A DNA stretch of 64,000 nucleotides. Origin: a virus. Lineage: Duplodnaviria > Caudoviricetes. Shown here piece by piece: positions 1-11,900 of this stretch; positions within the stretch are counted from its first letter, which is position 1; every line of letters starts with the position of its first letter. The stretch lies in the IMG/VR virus record IMGVR_UViG_3300020477_000013, positions 1 to 64,000 of that record. One strand, 5' to 3'. A program made the translations under genes and the position numbers. The notes beneath the pieces are model-generated. The model had not been told where the DNA came from. It saw only the letters and a list, made by a program, of their open reading frames with translations, and ran no database searches.

Positions 1-1620
1 TTTGGGGGTGCATCTAGCCTAGTCTATGATGACTCAAATGGGCGTGTTGGTATAGGAACACAGAGCCCCGGCCAAATTTTATCAGTTTATGGCAATGTTT
101 CTGGTGACTACGTAACCACGATTGATAATGATCAGTCTAGCGCTGGACATGTTTTAAAACTGCTTACAGATGGAAATGGATCTGGCACCCGGATCCTAGA
201 AATGGAAGATGGTGACGGTGATATAATCTTTAGGGCACGTGCTGATGGGCGTTTTGGATTTGGCCCAGACGGTGTCGACAGCATGGGCGCTGGAACTTTT
301 GTGGTTGGAATTGACAATTCATCTCATACTTCAGACATTGCGATCTCTAGAAGATTGCAGCACCTGGGGGATGGTAACACGTATTTAGATTTTCCCTCAA
401 ATGATACTTTCAATTTAGTAGCAGGAGGTAATTCTTTTCTTAAGTACGATGGAGACATTCTAATAAACAACGCAAACGCGAACGCTGATACAAAGATCAT
501 GGCAGATGATGGAAATGTGGTACTACACGTTGATGCCGGTACAAATAAGGTCGGCATTGGTACAACGTCACCTGATTATGCTTTGGATGTAGTCGGTGAT
601 ATTGGGGTGGACGAATACATCTACCACAACGGAGATGACAATACCTATTTAAGATTTACTGCGGATGTTCTAAGATTATCAGCCGGCGGAAAAGTGGGGC
701 TTTCTCTATCGGAAGGTGCAACCGACCAGGTATTTATTGGTACTACACACAATGCAGAATCAGGTGTTTCGAATAGGTATGACCAAGTGCTCATCCTGTC
801 CGGTGGCGCTGCAACATCCCCCCTAGGGTACGGTTCGGATACAAATTTCTTTGTATCTGGAACAATAGGATCTGAGGGAACTAACGTGATGGGAACAGCC
901 GTATTCGGCGGTGATATGGTTTCCAGTGGAACATTATCAACACAAAATAATCTGGTTGTTGAAGATCATGATGCTGATGAACAAGGGGTTATAACGATAG
1001 GAAATCCTGCTGGTGCAGAGTACTCTACAATAACCACAAACCAGTATGGTAGGCTAACTTTCCAGACCAGGAATGGTGGTAGAGATGGTGAGATCTGGTT
1101 AGACTCATCTGACGATATCATTTTGGATGTTGAAAGTGGCGGCACATTAGAGATGAGGGAAAATAGCACATCATTACTCAAGATAACACCGAATTCAAGT
1201 AACGTTGATATTCAACCTCAGGTTAGTAATAAAGACATAAGGTTGGCATCTCAGGGCGGTAATACACTATTAACCGTAGATTCCAGTGATGATGCAATAA
1301 AAATAGATCGCCGCTTCGGCATGGGATCAGATTCCATAACATCAAGTGGGGCCCTAAATGCAAATACACCGATCAATCTAGTTATTGCAATGTCAACCTC
1401 AAATGTTATAGGGGCCCTGGCAGATCCAGCATTCGCAGGACAAATGAAGGTTATCATCGGCCTGCAAGCTAGCTCAGGGAACACACAGGTGACATATACA
1501 AATGCTGCTGGTAGTACTACGACAAAGGTGCTTACTAACGGCGTCGGTATAATATTATGTTCTTTTGACGCAACCGGTGGCGGCACATACCGCTGGGTAC
1601 CTATAGGCGATGTGAGTTAA
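1..1620 (+). CDS. Tail-fibre/virion fibre-like protein, 5'-truncated
   Basis: Frame 1 is open from base 1 (FGGASSLVYDDSNGRVGIGTQSP...), so the ORF extends upstream of the tracked ATG at 202. It carries repeated VGIGTxSP and HxGDxNTYLxF...AGG motifs typical of beta-rich phage fibres. Confidence 0.7.
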   Translation, partial: FGGASSLVYDDSNGRVGIGTQSPGQILSVYGNVSGDYVTTIDNDQSSAGHVLKLLTDGNGSGTRILEMEDGDGDIIFRARADGRFGFGPDGVDSMGAGTFVVGIDNSSHTSDIAISRRLQHLGDGNTYLDFPSNDTFNLVAGGNSFLKYDGDILINNANANADTKIMADDGNVVLHVDAGTNKVGIGTTSPDYALDVVGDIGVDEYIYHNGDDNTYLRFTADVLRLSAGGKVGLSLSEGATDQVFIGTTHNAESGVSNRYDQVLILSGGAATSPLGYGSDTNFFVSGTIGSEGTNVMGTAVFGGDMVSSGTLSTQNNLVVEDHDADEQGVITIGNPAGAEYSTITTNQYGRLTFQTRNGGRDGEIWLDSSDDIILDVESGGTLEMRENSTSLLKITPNSSNVDIQPQVSNKDIRLASQGGNTLLTVDSSDDAIKIDRRFGMGSDSITSSGALNANTPINLVIAMSTSNVIGALADPAFAGQMKVIIGLQASSGNTQVTYTNAAGSTTTKVLTNGVGIILCSFDATGGGTYRWVPIGDVS

Positions 1621-1691
1621 GAGAATGAAAATAACATGTTTCCTTTTTAAGTTATAGGCGTAGAATTAATAGGGAGGAATATTTAGTTAGT

Positions 1692-3191
1692 ATGGCAGGT
1701 ATTCTAGACAATAAAAAGAGGGTTCTTGACACCCTCATATTACCAACGGGCCGGTTCCAGGCTTTTAATGGCCAAATGCAGTTTAGGTATGTGACCGTGA
1801 CTGATAGGCATGCGTTTTATGAGACCTCTGGCTCTATTGATCCTAACGAGGTAACTGATGCTACGGAAAGAGTATACTTTGAAGCTGTTGCACGCTCACA
1901 AGATCAGATTTGCCTAGAGTCAGATGTTAACGCTGCGATTAAGTTTTCCAGTAATTACCTTGTGCCGGATTCTATTGTTACCGGGCTAGCTATGGAGGAG
2001 TCTCCAGATGGTGCAGGCGTTTGGACTTATAATGGTTCATTTCCCACCGACGCTGATGTCGACTATTTTTCTAGTAAGTTTGCCCAAGAGGTAACAACAG
2101 GAATGACCGGCAGCTATGCAGCACAGCACTTTATATCTTCTGAAGACCCCCTTACACCAGAGCCAGGATTTGAACTTAGTAAAAACAAATTAAGGTGGAG
2201 GAATATAGGCGACGGAGTCTGGCTGCCCTTAAATCGATTCCATTCTCATGAATGGTATGGGCTGGAGTGGCTCTACCCACCCTGGTCAGATTGGCATTTT
2301 TCACATTTACCGAACTATAGTTTTCTTCCACCAATTAATAAGTTACCTGAAGGCGTCTCCTACCGCGATGTCTATCCATGGATTAAGACAGGTATTAACT
2401 ATAATATTACCAACTTGAGCTACGAGGGCTGGAGGCAGACTGTTGAGCCGATTCTAGGTCAACTAGAAGAGTCACAAATATTTGATACGGTCCAAACGAA
2501 AGATGGACCTCGTATGGTAGCATCAGATATTACATCAAATCCAAACGTTGCGTCTATGATTGAAGGTGCACAGTTGGGCTCTTCTGGCGTCCTAGGAAAC
2601 TCTATGATGTTTACTGAAAATATGCTTTGGTCGGGAATGATTGACGAGGAGTTACATCTAAAAATAGACGCAATGTTTCCAGCGGACAGCTTTTATCATC
2701 AAATGTCTACATTGATGAAAAGGCTCGTGTTGCCGCTTGTATTTGTAAAGGGTTTAAGGATGGAAGATTTTGCTGCGGCAAAGTCATGTTTCTTGGGGAA
2801 TTACGCCCAGGATAACTACATAAAACATGCATCTTTAGCTTACGCAACAAATAATTTTGAGCAGTTTGCTAGCCAGCTTTTAAGTAACCATTCTACCCGA
2901 GTAAAGCACATAGAGTTTGAAAAGACATCCAGGGATAATAATATTATCGTCCAGTTATTTGAGTATACGCAACCCGGGTTTTCAGCAGAGATGCAAAGCT
3001 TGGTTAAAAAGCTAACATGCATTGATGCAGGATCTATGCCTGTTAACGGTGATGCACAAAATAGTTCGGTGGATTTATATTATGTCGGAAAATTGTATTC
3101 AGACCCTGAGACTGATGAGCTTAAATTTGGCAAAATTTTTACAATTATCATGAGTGATAATGAGCTTTCACAGTGGAGTGATATAATATGA
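1692..3191 (+). CDS. Putative virion structural protein; N-terminus paralogous to 14741..15448
   Basis: 499-aa ORF. N-terminus MAGILDNKKRVLDTLILPTGR resembles MGFLDNATNNIIIDAVLTDRGR. ATATTTA motif upstream. Confidence 0.55.
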   Translation: MAGILDNKKRVLDTLILPTGRFQAFNGQMQFRYVTVTDRHAFYETSGSIDPNEVTDATERVYFEAVARSQDQICLESDVNAAIKFSSNYLVPDSIVTGLAMEESPDGAGVWTYNGSFPTDADVDYFSSKFAQEVTTGMTGSYAAQHFISSEDPLTPEPGFELSKNKLRWRNIGDGVWLPLNRFHSHEWYGLEWLYPPWSDWHFSHLPNYSFLPPINKLPEGVSYRDVYPWIKTGINYNITNLSYEGWRQTVEPILGQLEESQIFDTVQTKDGPRMVASDITSNPNVASMIEGAQLGSSGVLGNSMMFTENMLWSGMIDEELHLKIDAMFPADSFYHQMSTLMKRLVLPLVFVKGLRMEDFAAAKSCFLGNYAQDNYIKHASLAYATNNFEQFASQLLSNHSTRVKHIEFEKTSRDNNIIVQLFEYTQPGFSAEMQSLVKKLTCIDAGSMPVNGDAQNSSVDLYYVGKLYSDPETDELKFGKIFTIIMSDNELSQWSDII

Positions 3192-5920
3192 CTACATTAA
3201 TGCGTGTAGATACAACCTCTGAAGAGAAAGAGAATATTATTTCTTTACAACGTGATTTCTTTAGGGTAGGTGAAATTAATGAAGAGTTCCAGAGGACATT
3301 TGAAATTCACTTCAGCGCAGATTTGATAAGGGCATTCACAAAAGGATGCCTAAAGTTACAGATAAAAGCATACACAAGATCACCTGATATTAATTTTTCT
3401 ATTCTAGGCTCAGATGCTCCTGTAAATGAGTTGTCTAAACAGCTACAACTTAAGTCGAAGATTTTGCAAAATAGGTGGAAAAATAGAGCTAGCTCAGTTG
3501 TTCTTAGAAAGACGGTGGCTTTATCTAGCGCGATTAACGATGCAGGAAAAGTACCTTTTTTAAAGACAGGCAACACTAATTCTCTTTTTGGACTTTTACC
3601 GGAAAGGAATTTAATAAGAATTAAGCCGATGGCAACAAAAAACATGCTGAGTGTTGGAAACATGTTTTCCGTTACGGTACCTGCTGCCCAGGCCTCTTGT
3701 AATGTCCCTGAAGAAAAAGAGCTAGCCGCACCTGATGCGGCGGAAAATACAATGAACCTTGCAATTCTTAAAAATGTTGATCCTGTTGGAGTATTTAACT
3801 CTAAGGCATATGCATTTCCAATAGAGCCAGCCGAACTTAAATTACAGGGATTATCTCCAAGTATCGCCGGGTATGCCGGTTCGCCCCCCACAAATGCTAA
3901 TACTAAGGCTGGGCCCGGGCTGATAAGCATTCCGCCTACATCAAAGCCTGTCTCGAAAGTTTCAATTAACTCTTTAGGCGCATTTACATCTCCCCATTTT
4001 CCTGCTGGTGTAAACCTCCCTAATATCAAGGCAGATCTAGTCACCTCATTTACTAGCAGAAAGCTAAGGGGTATGCCTCAACTAATTGAGAGGGTCCGGA
4101 CCAGACAATCAGTTGTACCTTTTGCAATTCCCGTTGTTTTCTTGGTGGATGAAAAGAAGCTCCGCGGCTATACAAGGATAAATTTTGAGTTTATTGTATT
4201 CGATGAAAAAAATATAGTAAAGCAGAGAATAGTGAGGCCTGTTAATTTGAGGGCTGCATTTATAGATGCTGGGCGTATATATACCCCTCCTACAGTTGGC
4301 GCTGCCACCAAAAGCGTAACGTCTAACACTATCACAATTACACAAGAGGACCCATCTGGGGTTGGTGCAGACCTCTATAAGAAGGTTATAGACCAGTCTG
4401 TTGATGAAAATAGGTGGTCTGCGGGGCGCTGGGTATACATGGGACACTGGGGCGTCACACCCTCTAAGTCGATTACAATTACTGATGTTAATGTGAGCTC
4501 TACTAAAACGACAATGTATAGGGCATGTGCTGTATCTGATACAAAGGATGTAACAAAAACCTTTGGGTCTGCGATAGTAGAGCCTTCGTCTAGGGCAATG
4601 GTGTCTCCAGTTATAACTGAAGATACTAACAACAGGGGTGTTATGGTTACGCCTGATGCTATTTTATCGGCCAGATCAGTTTCGGATGGTGTAAAGTTAA
4701 CAGCTCATAGGACAACATCTAGCGTTAATAGTATTCTTAAAATCTTCGCAGCGGAACGTAGGTCTGATGCACAGGCGGGGGCATCTGTTCGAATGCCTAT
4801 AGATACAAACACGATGATCCATAGAGCAAGGTCGGGAAGGACATATGAGTATACAACTGAACTTCGTTTAGTTGACGGTACTACAGCGGCCGGTAAGAGC
4901 ACCCTGGTGCATAAGCATCTAGCAAGGAATAGAGCAGATGAAGAGGTAAGAGAAAATATTGGTACAATGGCCATCTCTGTTAAGAATACCGGTATTGATA
5001 ATCAATTAGGGGGCCCCGGGGTTTCTCAAAATATAGGCGTTAATTTCTCTATAAGTGTATCTAATTGGGAAGAGTCATTTGACAGTATGGTGGGTAGTAT
5101 AGCATCAATGATTGGGGCAAAAGAGTCATTCATGAAACAGATAGAGGAGCAGAGATCTAGGTATAGGGACCTTCTGAGGCTTAGTATCGATAGGCATGAC
5201 CTTATATCCGGCCTTTCAGAAAATTTTAATATGATTAATACAGATATAAGAAGCTGGTCAGATAATCATGGGTCTAGGAGGACGTTTGCTATTAGTGCGC
5301 CTGCACCAGGCGGGTCTTACCTTTATAAATTTAGGGTTTTAAGGTTGTCAATAGGCGAATTATTATCTAATGTTACATTTGATGAGACTGATCAAGAGAC
5401 CCTTATAAAGTTTCAAAAACTTGCTAAGACAGAAGGGAATGAGGATCCGCTAAAGGGAAATACTACAAAATCTGAAAAGGAGAGTCAAGTCAAAAAAGGC
5501 GCAGAGTCCGATAGCGATAGAAATGGTTTAGCAAACTTATTTGTTGATTCTCCAACTACAATATACTCAGAGGTAAAAGTTGATATACCGCTTCCAACAT
5601 ATACGGTCAAGAATATTACTGCAAAGGCGTCTAGCGATGGTAGAGATATAATGATAAGATGGTCCGGGAACGGTAATGCTTCGATGGTAGATTCATTTAT
5701 TGTGATGGGTGAGTATGATGGCGTTAAGGCGCCCATCGGAACAACACTTATTGATCGTAATGGCGGCTCCAGTATTAAAGACACAGTGTTGGGGGGCATC
5801 GTGGGAGTAAGGTCTTACTCCGTTATACCGGTATTCAACGATTTCTCGAAAGGTAGGGAATCAGACTCAGTACAAGTTAGGATTGAAAATAATCTAGTGA
5901 GAGGAGAGGGGGTCAGATAA
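3188..5920 (+). CDS. Large hypothetical virion protein with FN3/Ig-like beta-sandwich segments
   Basis: 910-aa ORF, ATGA-coupled to the previous gene. C-terminal VKNITAKASSDGRDIMIRWSG...YSVIPVFND pattern is FN3-like. Confidence 0.5.
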   Translation: MTTLMRVDTTSEEKENIISLQRDFFRVGEINEEFQRTFEIHFSADLIRAFTKGCLKLQIKAYTRSPDINFSILGSDAPVNELSKQLQLKSKILQNRWKNRASSVVLRKTVALSSAINDAGKVPFLKTGNTNSLFGLLPERNLIRIKPMATKNMLSVGNMFSVTVPAAQASCNVPEEKELAAPDAAENTMNLAILKNVDPVGVFNSKAYAFPIEPAELKLQGLSPSIAGYAGSPPTNANTKAGPGLISIPPTSKPVSKVSINSLGAFTSPHFPAGVNLPNIKADLVTSFTSRKLRGMPQLIERVRTRQSVVPFAIPVVFLVDEKKLRGYTRINFEFIVFDEKNIVKQRIVRPVNLRAAFIDAGRIYTPPTVGAATKSVTSNTITITQEDPSGVGADLYKKVIDQSVDENRWSAGRWVYMGHWGVTPSKSITITDVNVSSTKTTMYRACAVSDTKDVTKTFGSAIVEPSSRAMVSPVITEDTNNRGVMVTPDAILSARSVSDGVKLTAHRTTSSVNSILKIFAAERRSDAQAGASVRMPIDTNTMIHRARSGRTYEYTTELRLVDGTTAAGKSTLVHKHLARNRADEEVRENIGTMAISVKNTGIDNQLGGPGVSQNIGVNFSISVSNWEESFDSMVGSIASMIGAKESFMKQIEEQRSRYRDLLRLSIDRHDLISGLSENFNMINTDIRSWSDNHGSRRTFAISAPAPGGSYLYKFRVLRLSIGELLSNVTFDETDQETLIKFQKLAKTEGNEDPLKGNTTKSEKESQVKKGAESDSDRNGLANLFVDSPTTIYSEVKVDIPLPTYTVKNITAKASSDGRDIMIRWSGNGNASMVDSFIVMGEYDGVKAPIGTTLIDRNGGSSIKDTVLGGIVGVRSYSVIPVFNDFSKGRESDSVQVRIENNLVRGEGVR

Positions 5921-8900
5921 TGCCTGTCAACAAGGGAAAAGGGAAGCGGTTTGTAAGAGCGCCGTCTATGCAACCACTAGCCCCCGGTAAATTATCAGTT
6001 GAAGAACAGACACTTAGGTTTCGTACTGGTCCAGCTGCTCAACTTATTGATGTTGCAAAAAGGTCCAGGGCGAAAAAAGCCCATATTAATATCGGTGCGG
6101 ATAGCGTTGCCATTCCTCGGGGCTACAATGCTACATACACAGAATCGCTAGGGGGCGCGTTCAACCCCCAAAAAAAAGGTGACACCGGCCTAGTCGGCTC
6201 CGACGCTAAGGAAGCATCGAGCGCGGTAGATGGTACCGCCCTCCAAGGAGAGGCCTACTCCGAATCTTCATTTATGGGTGCGGCAATGAAGTTTGTGAAT
6301 ATGATGGCCGCCGACGCCCAAGCAGACCTCGCTAACACCCTCGCCATCGCCGGGGCAGGACTTGCTAGCGGCTTCATCTTCGGCGGCGCCGAGCAAGGTG
6401 AATCCGTGGGCGTTGATTATGGGGACTCTGGAGGATATTCAATATATTATTCACCTTCGCCCGCAAAAGCGAAAACACAGACAAATTATGGGCTTCCTCC
6501 ATCGCCCGGGTCCACACTTAATTCTTCTACATTAATGCTCCCGACGTCGGATGATGTAGCAACAGGCGACGGTGTGAGCCCTTATAAGCCTGAGATAATT
6601 GCATCTTTTGACCTGGATCCTTTTATGCCTAGTGGGGCTGCCCATATTATACAAGACCACAATCGTGCCCATGCCGCAAAAGTGTCCCAAGAATTATTTC
6701 ATTTTCGCTTACAGGAGAATGTGTTACTATATGATAGCGCCCTCGGCATGTTTAAGGATTTCTGGCGCTCACTTCCTTCTGAGGGTAACACTACGATTGT
6801 TACCGGTTTAGACATTACTATAAACAAAGCCTCTGAATACGGTAATGCCCCAGAGACACTCCGTATTGATAAGTCACCTGGTGCCGGCGGCGACGGCACA
6901 CCGGCCTCCAGGATGGATTTTGATGTGGCAAACTTTGTCGAGGCATGCCGAAAATTTTATGCTGAGTGTGCTAATTTAGAGAACAATTTTTATATCCATA
7001 ATTTACGTGGTGATGTTATTAACGATTTTATGACGAACAATGCCCCAGGTACCTTCACATACGGGTCTAAGATTCATAAAACAGGGTGGTTCGGGAACTA
7101 TAATATTCCAGAGTTTATGGATGTGTGTTTGGCAATCAACAATAATACATCAGACTTATCGGCATCAAGAATTATTATGCAATTGCTTGTTGACCTTAGG
7201 GCAACTTTAAAATTCCACAGCCCTAACTTATTCGACAGCGCAATATGGGGGTGGTCAGAGTGGCGCAGCCCGGCAGCACAGGCAAACCAGTTACTAGGTG
7301 GTAATCCCCAAAATCCGATGTGGCAAGCAAATCTGCGTAATAATCCTGCTGATATATACACGTTTGATCGTACACAGTTTGGGTGGGCTACAACTGCATC
7401 GACATGGAATGTATCATCATTTTCAGGGTATACACATTTTGTCAATAGTCTACCCACTCAGGCTGAGTCTTTTGGTAGGCAAGGCATGAATTCAAACAGG
7501 GTTAAGCTATTATGCGTAATCTTAGGAAGAGAATTTACGAACTCTGCATCAATGGCAGCAATGAATCAGGCATCAAGTGATAGCGATGATCTAAAGAGTA
7601 CGAAGGGGTTCTACAATGTGCTTAAGCCTCATTTATTTTCATCTGGTGATTCGACATATTACCCGGGTGAGGATTTTATTGATAGGCTTATCGGTGTTCC
7701 TTCGGAGCTAGGTAGAAATATTGCAATTGAGCCTGCGCTCCACGGCCCCGCAGTCTCTATATCCACTGCTTCTGACTTCACGGGAGGTTCAGGGGGTGCC
7801 CATGACTCCGATGGTGTCGTTCGTCTAACCACCCACGATAGCACGTGGCAGCAACTTGGGTCGTCAAAACTAGAGCCTAAAAATGTACCCCCACTACACA
7901 GGCTACTATCACTTAAGAACCGCGCAGGCCAGCCGGCTATTTCGGAGATCCTAGGGAATGATGCTGATCTCGTTTTACCTTTAGAGATGAGAGCTACGGT
8001 GTCGGAGTCGACACACATGAGGACTAGCCCAGGTTGGGATCTATTCTTTAGAAATCTCTGGACTCCTGGTGATGTGGATACGCTAGGTGAGCAACACGAC
8101 GGCCGAGGCCTGTTCGCAAACCGCGCATTCGCAGACTATTGTCAGTTATGGGGATATTCTTCATTATATTTACACCGGGCTGCCCTCAATTGGTCTGATT
8201 CCCTGATATGGAATCATAGCACCGTCGCCGGAAACGAGGAGGGTACCTTCCATCGCCTAACACCTGATGGCGTATACCAGAGAATATTGAAGGGCATTAT
8301 GAACTTTGTTGCGCCTATTGCAAGATCCTCAGGGGGCGGCATTGATCTGGAATATGGCAACGACTTAAAAGTCGATGAAGACTGGTTTAGCAAAGACTGG
8401 GACGCCGGCTCCGTAACCCCAGGCACCAGCTATGCCCATAAGGATCTTTCTCATGGAAATATCGGCTTAACTGTTCTTATGAAGCTTATAGAGCATGATA
8501 CCACAAGTCCAGAAAGAGCATCTCTAATGAGGTGGAGGCTATATCAATTATTCTTGACATATCGAGATGCTAGGCTAAATAATGAAAAACCAGACAAGGC
8601 TGGACATGACGACCTCTATCAAGGCATTGCAGATCCTGCCGGCGATGGTACCACCTTTATGCGCCATTATCGTCCAACTGCATGTGCCACTAATGCTTGG
8701 ATACAGGAAGGGTTTGATGTTACCCAGGGCATCGAGGGAATTCCATTCGGCGCTAGAATTTCTCAAATATTAATGGGCGATTTTGAGTGGTTAGACAATG
8801 CCCACACCGCCGGCCTCCCTATCGAAGGTTATGGTGTCGGGGGCAACAGCGATAACCTGGTGCAAGATGGTGTTACTGATGGTGAGCAAGAGATTCTGTT

Positions 8901-11900
8901 AGCTGGAACCGTTGAGGGTAATTACCAGATTAGGGAACAGCTCATTGAAATATTGGCTTCATATGCCCAATCCCGCCTTTTTCCAATGAGTTTTGATAAC
9001 GCATATATGCAAGGAGGCCTGGCCGACTATACTAGCATTGACTCAAGCTATCAGAAGGTTGCGATTGAGACATCGAATAACGGCCACATCAGTGATCAGA
9101 CAGATGCTATAAACCCGGGCGCAGGCACATCACAGGTATCTTTTATGTATGATGTAGACCTACCAGCCCCGGCATTTGACCTCTTTAGTGGTACGGATCA
9201 TCAAAGTAAACAGTATTTTAAGAAGTTCTTTAAAGAACTTTTGAGAACTGCTGTATCTACGTCTAATTATGAAAAGCCTGATAATATCGTAGTTAATCCA
9301 GACACAGGCGAGACCCTCCACGCCACTGACCTTTTTCACCATGAATGGGAGACTGGGGGTAAGATTCCGCATTGTAATCTATTTGAGGAGATATTTGAAG
9401 TCGTTGATGACCTGTGCCGCAATGCTGCTATGAGAGCCGGCAGGGATGGTGGTGATATGACCGGCATTGATGAAGATGCCCTCCACCCTAAGACAAACTG
9501 GGTATCACATTCCTACATTACAACAGACGATGGGGAGCCACACCTTGCCCCTGATTACGAGATAATATGGAAAGCCCACAGTACAGGCGGCCTAGCAGGA
9601 GGCATCGTCGAAGACTGGGTGGTCAAAGATACAGACGCCGGGGGTAATGGGCCCTCAAGCGGGGGAGATACAAATGTTGATTCCATAACCCCCGGGGAAG
9701 ACACAGTCTCGCAGCCTAATCTGGGATCTGGTCGTGTAATAGTGAAACCCAGGTTGTCTAGGTGGTCAGGATTTGATGATAATACAATATGCGCAATGGT
9801 TTTTGAGGCATTCTGGTCACTAATTACAACAAATGTTTCTTCAACTGTTGCGCAAGTCGACCCACAAATTGATTCCGCTCAAGATGGGACCCTTATTAAG
9901 AGACGATTGCGTGTTAATCCTGAGGCAAACAGGCAACTAGTTGTGTATTTAGGCGTCCTGTGGAAATCTCTAAAGAACCGCGGCCGCGGAAGGTTCGATG
10001 CATTATGGCCAGGGATGTTTGGTGCACAAGACCAAGAATTCTCGATAGATCTCAGCGAGATAAGTGCAAAGGGTGACAGCAACGTCGGCACACATGCCGG
10101 CTCATTATCACTATACCAGACGTTTCTAACACAGGGCGACGCTAGTCTGGGCCCTGTAGATTCACCGGTCAACACAGTAATAAGGAGCTTAAACGTAGGG
10201 TCTTATGTCGGTACCCAGCAAAAGGTGGCGACTGCAGTTGTGTTGCAGAGAATTGTTTCCCAAAATGCTGTTACACATAATTGGATATTGCTAGATGATG
10301 TTAAGTACAAGTTGTCTGAAGAGGAGTATATTATACGCTATATCTGTAGCGCTCTAGAGTCATATGGTAAGAGTTGGGGTGCTGAGCCCGCGAAGCATGT
10401 TCCATCGGTATATAAAGAAATGTTTAACGACTTTATGGCAGTTGCCGCAGATCATGATAACACAAGCGGTATGGATAAAGCTTTTGTGGGAGGTATTGAT
10501 TCCGATGCCGTACACTTGAATAACTTCTCCCACGGCGGGGTGCCGCTTGCATTTTCCCTATATGGAATGGAGTGGGAGCAGATTAATTGTAAGCGGTTTC
10601 AGAGGGTCCGCTCTATCGCGGGCGCACCGAATACCGGTACCTACAAGCCCTTCAAGGCTCCCTATCTGGATGTGCCCAGCGCGGCATTCGACACTCTCGG
10701 CCCAAAACGCACCGCGGCTACTATTACTTCACTGCTAACATCTACCGGTACACCTGCGTGGTGCAAGTTAGCACTTCCATGGGGCTCAAATGTTAGGAAC
10801 ATGGTTTTCGGTATTCCCCGAGGAATGATAGAGCGACTTAGGAGAGCGCCTATAAATTCTGATCGTGTCGGTAAGATACCTGGATTAAGTAATAGGCGGG
10901 TTAGTCGATCAACTATATTGAGGATAAGGGTTTTCCGTAGGGATTTAAGGCAGCCTGGGCTTATATTTTATCCGCTAACATTCGATTTTGACATGAACAT
11001 GTTTGTAGATCATGACCTTGATAACACACAACTCGATGAGCTCATCTCCGGGACCACCGGTGTACCTTCATGGCAAGAAATTTTAAAGAAGACTATTTTT
11101 ACTAGGTTTCCTGATGCACATTCACCGATGGCAAGAAATTCAGATAATAACAAGAGCTTCGAGGACTCTGCAACTCGCTCTTCTGGAGCCGGCGTTGTAT
11201 CTGGCCTAGAGGCGGAGGGATGGACACAGGGCGGAATGGGTATACCATGGCAACCCGAGGATAATCCATACAAAAATTTCCCAGGGTATACTCGGTTTAA
11301 CTCCATTCAGAAAGTAAGGGCAGGAGGAGATCCTTCACAATTTAATAAATCGTATCAGGAAGGTGCACCGTTGACGAGATTGTTGCATAACCACCTTGTT
11401 GATTACACATTAAAAAAATACTATAGTATTTTAACAGGAATGCAGTTTGATGAACTTGCATTCCCCAATGCGAAAATGAGTTGGGTAAATAATTCTTTAA
11501 TCTCTGGTGCAGTTGCTCAGTATGTTCAGGCTCTTATAGATGGCGATGAATTCGGAGGGATGCTCATCCCCCTGGGCGACGCCCAAGCTTCCCTGGCATC
11601 CGGACGCCGACAGTACTTAGCAAATTTGTTTAGGGTAGTAGCCGGTTGTGGCGGCTCTGGTGAATTACCTCCAGAATTCTTTAAGGGTCTTCTTGATGCA
11701 AACGGCTATCAAGTGACAAATAGGGTAGGCATTGCAGGATATGGTATTAGCGAGTTCCCACAATCAAATGAGATGATAAAGAGTGAATATAATGAAAATC
11801 AATCTCTAGATAACCCCACCTTCCAGGCAAATTGGTCTAGGATGATCAACCATAGGTTGTGCGGTATATTGCTCAATACATGGTTTACTGCACCAGAGAG

